Source: Octopus vulgaris (Eukaryota). From it: 64,000 bases of DNA. Shown here piece by piece: positions 11,604 through 22,758 of this stretch; the stretch's first letter is position 1, and every line of letters starts with the position of its first letter. The translations under genes were made by a program, and so were the position numbers. The stretch lies in the NCBI GenBank assembly GCA_951406725.2, contig OX597817.1, forward strand, positions 130,758,001-130,822,000. Reading direction: 5' to 3'. The notes under the pieces were generated by a model, which saw only the letters and a list, made by a program, of their open reading frames with translations, ran no database searches and was not told where the DNA came from.

Positions 11604-14600
11604 CTCCTAATGTGTGTGGGCAGACCGGTTTTTATCGGGACCTGGAGCACTTTCTAGTGACGTCTAAAACGTTAGTCTTGGTAGGAGACTTCAACACTAT
11701 TCTCGATGCGCGGGTTGATAGTGTAGGCTCGAACGATAGAAAAGGGAATCCTTGCTTCAAGGTTCTACTAGCGAGTTTTAATCTAGTAGACCGTTTTCGA
11801 CTGGATGAGCCGAACGTTCTACAGTGGACGTGGAGTAACAACGACGGCTCACGCAGATCGTATATAGATAGGGTATTTTTTAAGGAACGAGATAGGAATA
11901 GCGTTAGCTGTCCACAATTTTCTGTTGTGCCTTACACGGATCACAAACTTGTGACGTGTGAGGTACAGGTAGATAAATGCCATAGACAGGGTCCCGGATA
12001 CTGGAAAATGAACAAGTCTATTTTGACTTGTGAAGCTTTCCGTACCCGGATTAAGGAATTAGTCCAGAGGGCATTATGTGGCACCATCATTAATAATAGA
12101 TGGTGGATCGCCCTCAAAAGAGCCATCCGTTTGGAGTCCATTAGATTTAGCAAACAGCTAAGTTTAGATAGGACTAGAATAGAGGGCGAATTAGTGAAGA
12201 ACTTAGACGAGGCAATGGAATCTGGCTGTACATCTGGAGTGTTGGCAGCGAGAACGGTCTTGTACCGTCACCTCAACGCCAAGCATGAGGGGTGTAGAGT
12301 CAGAGCTAAGTTACATGCCGGGAAACGAGAAGGTATTAACGTTGCCGGATGGGCCCGTCGTGAGGAGAGTCAGAAGGGCAAAAAGTCCTGTATTAAGTCT
12401 TTAACTGACGAGCAGGGTCGCAAGATCTATGGACAGGAGGAGATGCAGAAGGTCCTTCACCAGCATTTCGCCCGGTTATTTGGGGATGGCGGTCCGCTCG
12501 AGCGAGGGGATGCCTTAAAGGACTTCCTAGCCGGTGGGCCGCGGCTCTCGACACGTGAGGCGGAATGCTGAGAAGGATCGATCTCTCCCGCGGAGGTAAG
12601 AGAGGTTATGGCCGGTTGCGCCGGGGAAAATAACTCTACTTAGTGTAGAGTTTAAGATTTTGGCCAAGGTGTTAGCAAAAATGTTGACGGCTGTCGAGGA
12701 GAAACTTGTCGGGAAGGCACAGACATGTGCAATCTCAGGCAGGTCGATCCAGGACAATCTTCACCTTCTCCGCTACACTATAGACAGGGTCGGGAAATTA
12801 GCCGGCAAAGGAGGAGCATTGGTCCATTTAGACCAAAGTAAAGCGTTCGATAGGGTAGACCATCGATACTTGGCGGCGGTCCTCGTGGCGGCTGTGCTGG
12901 GCCTTGGCTTTTGCGGGTGGATCTCAGCTATGTACAGCGGCATCAAGTCCACAGTCCAGATAAACGGTTACCTAACGGAGCCGTTTTCGATCAAGCGTTC
13001 AGTTCGTCAAGGGTGTCCCTTGTCCCCGCTCCTGTATGTTTTGGCTCTTGAGCCTTTGCTGCGGAAGTTGGGAGGCAACCCTAATGAAATCAGATGCGGT
13101 AAGTCTGTTTCTACCTATGCGGATGACGTCACTCTCATCGTGTCCAACGAAGCACAGCTACCTCGTGTAGAAGGTGCTCTCCGAAGATACGAAGCGGTGG
13201 CAGGGGCAAAAGTTAACAAGGACAAGTCCACCGGTTTGCGCCTCTGCACCTGGAGGAACAAGCCGATATCGTCCAGTGTTGTTGGGCACTGGACAGATGG
13301 TCCTGTTAAATTGCTCGGAGTTTGGTTTGGTTCAGACTCTCAGACGGAGAAGAATTGGAGCGAGGTAGCGAACAAGGTAGAAGCTATAGTACGGAAGTGG
13401 TCCGGAAGGCATCTTTCCTTGAAAGGGAGGGCGGAGGTGGTACAGATGCTTATATCCTCTGTCATCACCTACCGCCTGACCGTCGTGCCTTGCCTCGATT
13501 CGTGGTTAAGCAAGTTGGAATGACTCCTGTTCCGCTTTTTGTGGAGGGGAGGAAAGCCACTTGTGAGACGCTCCGTGTGTTGCCAGGAACCGCTAAAGGG
13601 TGGGCTGGGGATGCCTTGGCTGATGATGCGCAAGCATGCGTTGAGGCTGAGACATCTCTGGTGTCACCTGGAGGGTGATAAGGTGTGGAGTCCGCTGGCA
13701 GAGGAATTCTTCCCGCGACCGGCCTCTATGGAGAGATTTAAACCCGGTTTCATTAAAAGACGTAACCTGACTTTATGGCAGGAGTGCCGACAGGCACTCT
13801 GGCTGATCCACAAGGTGGGCAAGACCGGCAGCGGGAATACCACCTCGGTGTTCTATAGAGGGCTGATAGAGGCAAAAAATGACGACGTCCTAGGAGGGGC
13901 TCTCGGGTTCGATGAGAATCAACTTTCCAACCTGTTTAAGAAGACTTTCAGGCCGGGGTATTTGGACAATTACCAAAAATCGCTGACCTGGCAGTGCTAT
14001 AGTAATGCATTACCCATTCGCGATAAGTTATCCAGGCACGGAATGTCAGTGCCACCGACGTGTCCAAGATGAGGGTTGGACGATGAAACCGTTCAACACG
14101 CCTTTGTACAATGTCGGGAGCTGTCAAGCTTGATAAGTTACGTTGAACACGTGTTGTCGCATCTGGGACGAGTACAGCTGTCGGCTGGATCTATGATAAA
14201 GATGATACCGTCAACTGGACTCTCAAAGGAAGGTAAGGCTTGTTTTTACTGTACGGTGGCAGTACTGAAAGAGTGTGTGTGGAGAACCAGAATGGAAGGT
14301 TTAGTGACAGGGTCCTTTGTCTCTGGTCTCGGTTTGTTAAAATACTTCAGATATCATCTGAAGAGCAAGACGGGGTTAGAGAAGAGGAGCCTGCCACAGA
14401 AAGAGTATGTGAAACGTTGGAAGGATGTGATGAGAAAGGTGGGTGTTAGTAACCCAGCTTAATCATCGAAGAAAGGAAAAATTAGTTGCTTGGCCTTATA
14501 GGCTGCCGGGTTCAAAATTCGAAATCGGCACTTCCCATTCCTTTTCATTTTACATATGTTATAATTTCTAATGTCTTTTAAAACAAAAAAAAATAAATAA

Positions 14601-14795
14601 ACGCACTAAAGTTCTCGTTATAAAGGCAAAAGTAAGCCAAGTTTTCGTTTAAAGGCAAAAGTAAGCCAAGTTTTCGTTCGTGTTACATTATAATTAAATT
14701 AAAATTTTTTTTTAAAACTCTCATAACATTCTTTGTAATTGTTTGTCCTGTGATGTCCAATTCTATATAAATTCGCATGATCTTAATAAAGATTT
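11604..14795 (+). mobile_element. Tx1-clade non-LTR retrotransposon copy A: 5'-truncated, ORF2 pseudogene plus 3' UTR ending AATAAAGATTT
   Basis: APE motifs (LVGDFN, SYIDRVF, TDHKLV), RT motifs (LDQSKAFD, QGCPLSP, YADD), C-terminal CPR..DETVQHAFVQC zinc finger. In-frame stops and an internal deletion at ~12630. Highly similar to copy B. Confidence 0.95.
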
Positions 14796-14815
14796 CATAT
14801 TCAGCTAGCAGGCCT

Positions 14816-14874
14816 CTGCTACTCTAGATCGATGATGGGCAAAGACCCTGAAACATGCGTGTCTCTAGATGCAG
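14816..14874 (+). ncRNA. Type I hammerhead ribozyme motif with degenerate core (UCGAUGA)
   Basis: Stem I CUGC-(UAC bulge)-UCUAGA / UCUAGA-U-GCAG; stem II GGG-CAAAGA-CCC; GAAA at 14850; stem III ACA-UGCG-UGU; GUC triplet 14861-14863. Confidence 0.75.
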
Positions 14875-15705
14875 GCCTAGCTGTTGGGGGTATTTGTCTC
14901 CCCTTCGTAAATATATAAGGACACAGGAAATGTGTCGAGGTCGACAGGAAGCGTCGGTGTTTCATAGGGCTAAACAGCGGTGGTGTAGTTCCCTTACTGT
15001 TACTTTAAGTTGACAGTATACAACCACACTCCTCCCTCTCTCTCTCTCTCTATATATATATGGTGCAATGATGGTGTAATTTGATTGTTCATTTTGAATC
15101 GATAGAAGGTGTTTTTTTCTAATATTTCATGTATAAGCATGTATATATAGTGACATTGAAGGACACATCTTTCGATTTACAATCTGATATAGTAGAACAT
15201 TTAGTATATGTCTGTATATGTATATATATATGTGTGTATGTGTATATATATGTATTGCATGTTATATACATTATAATATTTTTATAATTTACTTCATCTT
15301 TACTTTTTAATTGTCACTTTAATTTTAACTTTCCTATGATATAAAATTTCAAGATGGTGTAATTTAGTTGTTCATTTTGAACCGATAAAAGTTTTTTTTT
15401 CAAATATTTCATGTATAAGCGTGTATATGTATATAGTGGTATAAATATCAACACAATTTTTCCCCTTCCTCCCTTATTTTTCTTTTTCTTTTTTTGTCTC
15501 TCTCCCCTTCTCCAAACACACAGACACACGCACACACACACGCACACACACACACAAACACACACGGACACACACACAGACACACACACACAGACACACA
15601 CACACACACACACACACATCCACAAAACGATCATAAAAAGTGGAAAGAATTCTTAAACCCCAAAAAGCATTTGACCATTCTCACAATGATAAAAGGAAAT
15701 ATAAT

Positions 15706-15881
15706 TTATGGCCTACCTCCCCGCCACCACACACTCAGTGACACTGTGAAGTGGTCAAAGCTGAAATTCTTAGAACACCCTTGGAGTCAATATTATGGCC
15801 TACCTCCCCGCCACCACACACTCAGTGACACTGTGAAGTGGTCAAAGCTGAAATTCTTAGAGCCCCCTTGGAGTCAATATT
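15706..15881 (+). repeat. Tandem duplication, 87-bp unit x2
   Basis: ttatggcctacctccccgccacc...ggagtcaata at 15706 and 15793. Confidence 0.9.
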
Positions 15882-16249
15882 CTGCCCAGCAGACCAAAAG
15901 AATTCTTTCCTTCTTCTTCTCTCTCCCTTCCCCTCTTTCTCTTTAGCACTCACCTCAGATACAAACACACACACACACACATACACATACACATACACAC
16001 ATGTTCTCTCTCTCACTTTCTCCTCATCCACCTCACCCTCTTGTACTGTCTTATATTCCTCCCCCACCACTACGAAACTCTATAAAATGATTAAAATTCC
16101 CCACAAAGGAACTTATTTTGATTTGAAAATCCCACTAGAATGGGAGAAAGCGCTAATGATCTAAGTGATATGATATATATATAAAAAATGTAATGTATAA
16201 ATAAATATCTGTAAATATAAACCATCCGATCTTCTGATTACCTCATTTC

Positions 16250-16254
<5 letters not shown>

Positions 16255-16323
<69 letters not shown>

Positions 16324-16325
16324 CA

Positions 16326-16359
<34 letters not shown>

Positions 16360-16377
16360 CATACATACATACATACA

Positions 16378-16450
<73 letters not shown>

Positions 16451-16485
16451 GCATACATATATATGTATATTTAAATATATATATA
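16255..16485. repeat. (TA)n/(TACA)n microsatellite
   Basis: Direct inspection. Confidence 0.95.
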
Positions 16486-16489
16486 TTCA

Positions 16490-16908
16490 TTCTTTTATTT
16501 GTTTCAGTCATTTGATTGCAGCCATGCTGGAGCACCGCCCATAATCGAACAAATCGAGCTCAGGACGTATTCTTTGTAAGTCTAGTACTTATTATATCAG
16601 TCTCTTTGGCAGAACCACTAAGTTACGGGGACGTAAACACACCAACATCGATTGTCAAGCAATTGCTGGGGGACAAACATCGACACACAAACACACACAC
16701 ATACATACATACATACAAATATATATATATATATATATATATACACGACGGGCTTCTTTCAGTTTCAGTGTACCAAATCTACTCACAAGGCTTTGGTCGG
16801 CTCGAGGCTATAGTACAAGACACTTGCCCAAGGTGCCACGCTGTGGGACTGAATCCGGACCTATGTTGTTGGTAAGCAGGCTACTTACAACAGAGGCACT
16901 CCTGCGCC
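16490..16908 (-). mobile_element. tRNA-derived SINE (ggcgcaggagt... family)
   Basis: Reverse complement of the family at 42582; tRNA-like A/B box head and shared tail. Confidence 0.85.
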
Positions 16909-16946
16909 TACATATATATATATATATATACACACATGTAACTACC

Positions 16947-16996
<50 letters not shown>

Positions 16997-16997
<1 letters not shown>

Positions 16998-17416
16998 TTA
17001 TCGCCGTACTAATATGGCAATCTTATAAAAATAAGAAAAAAGCTGTCCGCTTATTAGCTCCATGAGGCCATCGCCTTAAGTTAGCTATTCGATACACAAA
17101 CTGTATCCATATAACCTTCGAACAAGGGAGGTCAGTCGCTCCACACTCCTTGACCGACAGCTACAGTTTGTGTATCGAATAGCTAACTTAAGGCGATGGC
17201 CTCATGGAGCTAATAAGCGGACAGCTTTTTCTTATTTTTATAAGAATGCCATATTAGTATGGCGATAACTATTAATTTCCAGGAACGCTGCCGTAATCTC
17301 TTTTAGAGAGACTTAGTAATTTTAATATTTCTATTATTGAAAACAAGTGGATGTATTCCACAGAAACTAGGTAAATAAAACCTTCGAACAGAGATAGTCA
17401 GAAGCGACACCTACTG
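16997..17416 (+). mobile_element. HHR retrozyme-like element, 5' portion with inverted 5' segment (host of Tx1 copy B)
   Basis: 16997-17105 is an inverted repeat of 17162-17270. 17162-17337 repeats at 22884-23060. Flanked by (TA)n. Confidence 0.85.
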
Positions 17417-17634
17417 ATTTTTCCTTGGATTACGTCGGATTATTTTACGCTGTAAGCTGTTATGTTAGTTCGTTCTGTTCTGGATTTACACGTACAGTTT
17501 TTGGATTATTAACTTGTGGAACAAAGTAATTTTCACCCTTCGGGGTAGAAAATTTCTTTTTATATATGAACTATTAACTCAGTGTGGAATTAACTTTTAT
17601 CTTGTCTCTTGTGACAAGTCACTTGCATTTTAAT

Positions 17635-19126
17635 ATGGATCTTGACTTAACGTCAAATTCTGATTTTCCCGAGATGGGAGAAGTTATAAATAATGGAAAG
17701 CAAAAGGATACAAAGGAGAAACAAAGTTTTTCGGAAGCCGTTGGAGGCAATGTTATAGAACTGGAAGTAGCAATGGGGGATCTCTTCAAGTTCAGAAAGT
17801 TCATACAAAGGAATGGAGAAGAAACGAGAATAATACCGCCCCCTGACACCTTACAAGCAATCCGTGAGAAGACGGTAATTTATAAGGTATATAATATTAA
17901 GGAAAAAAAGATTGCAGATGTAAAAAATGAATTGGTAGAACGGTGCATGGCACCAATTTGGAACAAGGTTCGCTATGTTGGCCGAGGAGTGAGAAGCGCT
18001 GCTATTGAAGCGCATTTCGAGTCGGCTAGCATAGCGAAGGAAATTTCAACTCAAACGTTGAAGAGTGCAGACATCCTGTTGCTGCCCACGTACTTAGGGC
18101 GCAGAACAGCTAAGGTAACAATAGAGGATATACCAACAGGTTACGATGTAATGTGGGCAGCAACAGCGGTCGTATTCGACGTAGAAGAGAAATTAAACAT
18201 TTTAAACATGAGGATGAAAGAGGCAAAATTTTGGAAAGGTCAGCAGCTTGAAATGATCGTTCAAGCTGACAATGCAACGCTGGAGAGTTTGCCAGACAGG
18301 GTCTTCGAGGGGGATGGACACACTATGCGGGTATCGGTGGAGGGACGTAGGCCCAGATGTTTCAAATGTGGGCAGAAGGGTCACGTCCGCTCAGAGTGCA
18401 AAAAAGAAAAAACCCGTTAATGCCCCCATTCAAACCGCTGTGGAGAACAAAGCAGACATCACAGCAACAACAAAAGAGAATACCCGGAAAAAGCAAAATG
18501 AAAGTCAAAAGGAGGAAAAGAAAATGAATGGAAAACAAAACGAAAACGAAAACGAGGGGGAAAATAATTTATCAAATGGAAAAGAACTGGAAGTAATGGA
18601 ATATACGACTGTAACCAACAAAAGGAAGAAATCCAATACCCCGGACTCCCCACCCCAAACAAAAAGAAAAACAAACGCAGAAGAACAACACAAAAAAATT
18701 ATCCAATCCCACCCCGCTGGCACTACTTTTGTAGGCCAGCATTTCATTAAACCCCAGCCCCCAACTTTAAAAGAATTAAAAAAAACCGATAGGTGCATTG
18801 CTTATAACACAAAAAACGAGAGAGTAGTTTGGTACATAAAAGCGAAACCAAACATAAAATGTTTCAAATCATCGGAAAAAAACCCGGATTGGAGGTATGC
18901 GAAGGTTGGAGAGGAGGAATGGAAGGAGAGACTCTTCCAACTACACGTGAGGGACAACCTGATTAAAGATGTCACACAAGAGGTGATAGCTGGAAAATTG
19001 AATATTAGCCCGGCAGCCACTCCATCCCAGAGCCCGGTGGCAACGCCGGTTAAATGCCCAGCAACAACGGAGAGTGTGGGGGAGGCAGGCAGACAAAAGC
19101 TGCCATGCTCCCTCTCACAACCGTAA
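17635..19126 (+). pseudogene. Tx1 ORF1 (gag-like, CCHC zinc knuckle), split by a +1 frameshift at ~18410
   Basis: ORF 17584-18420 (first ATG MDLDL at 17635) contains CFKCGQKGHVRSEC. Continuation in ORF 18272-19126 ends LPCSLSQP*, homologous to copy C. Confidence 0.85.
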
Positions 19127-19150
19127 GTAACAAACTTTCTTCATTCATCG

Positions 19151-22100
19151 ATGATTAAGTTGGGCTGTATAAATGTGCGTGGAATGGGGTCGAAATGGAA
19201 ACAGGCTTGCTTGCTGGACGACCTCAGGACACACAGAATAGATGTAGCCATTGTCACCGAGTCCAAAATGAGAGGAACCCAAGCGTTCTCGCATCTTCTC
19301 AATGGTTACGAGAAATTTATTTCTCCTAGCCGAGGAGGAAGTGCAGGCGTGACAGTCCTTATCAGGAAGAACTTGGACTTACAGGTAAGTACTGTCTTTA
19401 TGGACCCAGAAGGTAGGCTGGTTGTCCTCGATGTAACTCACGTGAGTAAGCAGTCCTTCAGGTTGGTAGCTGTTTATGCTCCTAATGAGGGTAGGCAGAC
19501 TGGTTTTTATCGGAACTTGGAGCACTTTTTAGTGACGTCTAAAACGGTAGTATTGGTAGGGGATTTCAACACTATCATCGATGCGCGGATAGATAGTGTG
19601 GGCTCGTCTGATAGAAGGGAGAAATTCTTGCCTCAAGGGTCTACTGACGAGCTTTAATCTAGTAGATCGGTTTCGAATGGATGAGCCGAGCATTCCACAG
19701 TGGACGTGGAGTAACAATGACGGCTCACGCAGATCGTATATAGATAGGGTATTTGTTAAAGAACGAGATAGGAATAGCATTAGCTGTCCACAATTTTGTA
19801 TTGTGCCTTACACGGATCACAAATTAGTGACGTGTGAGGTACATGTAGATAAATGCCATAAACAGGGACCCGGATACTGGAAAATGAACAAGTCTATTTT
19901 GGCTTGTGAAGCTTTCCGTAACCGGATTATGGAATTAGTCCAGAGGGCATTATGTGGCACCATCATTAATAATAGATGGTGGATCGCCCTCAAAAGAGCC
20001 ATCCGTTTGGAGTCCACTAGATTTAGCAACCAGCTAAGTTTAGATAGGTCTAGAATAGAGGGCGATTTAGTTAAGAACTTAGACGAGGCAATGGGATCTG
20101 GCTGTGCATCTAGAGTGTTAGCAGAGAGAACGATCTTGTACCGTCACCTCAATGCCAAGCATGAAGGATGTAGAGTCAGAGCTAAGCTACGTGCAGTGAA
20201 ACGAGAAGGTATTAATGATGCCGGATGGGCACGTCATGTGGAGAGTCAGAAGGGCAAAAAGTCCTCTACTAAGTCTTTAACTGACGAACAGGGACGCAAA
20301 ATCTATGGACAGGAGGAGATACAGAAGGTCTTTCAACAGCATTTCGCTCGGTTGTTTGGGGAGGGCGATCCACTCGAGCGAGGAGAGGACTTACAGAACT
20401 TCCTAGCTGGTGGGCCTCGGCTCTTGCCACGCAGAGCGGAACGCTGTGAAGGACCGATTACTCCTGCGGAGGTAAGAGGGGTTTTGGCTGAATGCGCCCG
20501 GGAAAAGTCGCCGGGACTGGATGGTCTGCCCTATGAGTTTTATTGTTGTATGCCGGACTTGTTCGGGGACATACTGGCAAGCGTCTACGCAAACTGGCAA
20601 CAGAATGGGAGGATTCCCAGTTCTGTGAGCCGGGGAGTTGTGACGCTGATCCAGAAAGACCCGAGCAAGGGGGATAATATTAGTAATTATAGGCCCATAA
20701 CTCTACTTAATGTAGAGTTAAAGATTTTGGCCAAGGTGTTAGCAGAAAAGTTGAAGGTCGTCATGGAAAAACTTGTGGGAAAGGCACAGACTTGTGCAAT
20801 CCCAGGCAGGTCGATCGAAGATAATCTTCACCTTCTACGCTACACTATAGACAGGGTTGGGCAATTAGCCGGCAAAGTAAAGCATTTGATAGGGTAGATC
20901 ATCAGTACCTGGCGACGGTTCTCGAAGCGGCTGGGCTAGGCCCTGACTTTCGCGGGTGGATATCAGCTATGTACAGCGGTATCAAGTCCACAGTCCACAT
21001 AAACGGTTACTTAACGGAACCGTTTTCGATTAAGCGTTCAGTTCGTCAAGGATGTCCCTTGTCCCCTCTCCTGTACGTTTTGGCTCTTGAGCCATTGCTG
21101 CGGGAGTTGGAGACGGTGAGATGCAATCCTAATGAAATCGGATGCGGTAAGTCTGTTTCTGCGTATGCGGATGACGTCACCTTCATCGTGTCCAACGAAG
21201 CACAACTAACTCGTGTAGAAGGTGCTCTCCGAAGATACGAAGCGGTGGCTGGGGCAAAAGTTAGCAAGGACAAGTCCACTGGTTTGCGCCTCGGCACCTG
21301 GAGGAACAAGCCGATATCGTCCAGTGTTGTTGGACACTGGACAGATGGTCCTGTTAAATTGCTTGGAGTTTGGTTTGGTTCAGACTCCCAGACGGAGAAA
21401 AATTGGAGCGAGGTAGTGACCAAGGTAGGAGCCATAGTTCGGGAGTGGTCCGGAAGGCATCTTTCCTTGAAAGGGAGGGCGGAGGTGGAACAGGTGTTTA
21501 TAGCATCTGTAATCACCTATCGCCTGACTGTCGTGCCTTGCCCCGATTTGTGGCTAAGCAAGTTGGATCGACTCCTTTTCCGCTTTTTGTGGAAGGGAGG
21601 AAAGCCACTTGTAAGGCGCTCCGTGTGTTGCCAGGAACCACTAAAGGGTGGGCTGGGTATACCTTGGTTAATGATGCGCAGGCATGCGCTGAGACTGAGA
21701 CATCTCTGGTTTCACCTGGAAGGTGATAAGGTGTGGAGTCCGCTGGCAGATAATTTCTTCCCGCAACCGGACTCTATGGAGAGATTTAAACCCGGTTTCA
21801 TTAAAAGACGGAATCTGACTTTATGGCAGAAAGAGTGCCGACAGGCACTCTGGCTGATCCACAAGATAGGCAAAGCCGGCTGCGGGAATACCTCCTCGAC
21901 ATTTTATAGAAGGATGGTAGAGGCAAAAAATGACGACATCCTAAGAGGGACTCTGGGGTTCGATGAGGATCAACTATCCGACCTGTTTAAGAAGACTTTC
22001 AAGCCGGGGTATTTGGACAATTACCAAAAATCCCTGACTTGGCAGTGCTATAGGAATGCTCTACCTGTTCGCGATAAGTTATATAGGCATGGAATGTCAG

Positions 22101-22520
22101 TGCCACCGACATGTCCAAGATGTAGGTTGGACGATGAAACCGTCCAGCACGCTTTTGTACATTGTCAGGAGCTCTCAGGCTTAATAAGTTACGTAGAACA
22201 CGTCTTGTCGCATCTGGGACGAGTACAGCTATCGGCTGGTTCTATAATGAAGATGATACCGCCAGCTGGACTCTCAAAGGAAGGTGAGGCTTGTTTTCAC
22301 TGTACGGTGGCAGTACTGAAAGAGTGTGTGTGGAGAACTAGATTGGAAGGTTTGGTGTGAGGATCCTTTGTCTCTGGATATGGTATGTTAAAATACTTCA
22401 GATACCATCTAAAGAGCAAGATGGATTTAGAGAAGAGGAACCTGACACAGAAAAAGTATGTGAATCGATGGAAGGATGTGATAAAAAAGGTGGGTGTGAG
22501 TAACCCTGCTTGGTCATCAT
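19151..22520 (+). pseudogene. Tx1 ORF2 (APE endonuclease, reverse transcriptase, CCHC finger), disrupted
   Basis: MIKLGCINVRG, VYAPN, VGDFN, SPGLDGLPYEFY, YADD, CPRC..ETVQHAFVHC. Frameshift near 19615, 28-bp deletion at ~20876, premature stop at 22358-22360. Confidence 0.92.
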
Positions 22521-22758
22521 GAAGGGAGAAAATAGTCTCTGGGCTCTTAGGCTGTCGGGTAAGAATCCTGACTGTGATATACCTAGCTGGCCAAAATCAT
22601 TTTTAATTTAAAAAAAAAAGGAGAAAAGTAAAGTCTAGTATCATAATCAATAATCAACATATGTAAATATCAAACGAACAACGTAAACTTTTTGTAATTA
22701 TGTTTTGTATTGTAATGTACTATCTCTGTAAGATTTTTATAATCATAATAAAGATTTT

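Larger units (their letters stand above)
17417..22758 (+). mobile_element. Full-length Tx1-clade non-LTR retrotransposon copy B (~5.3 kb) with 17-bp TSD
   Basis: TSD agaagcgacacctactg at 17400-17416 and 22759-22775. 5' UTR, ORF1, ORF2 and 3' UTR ending AATAAAGATTTT with no poly(A). Confidence 0.97.
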
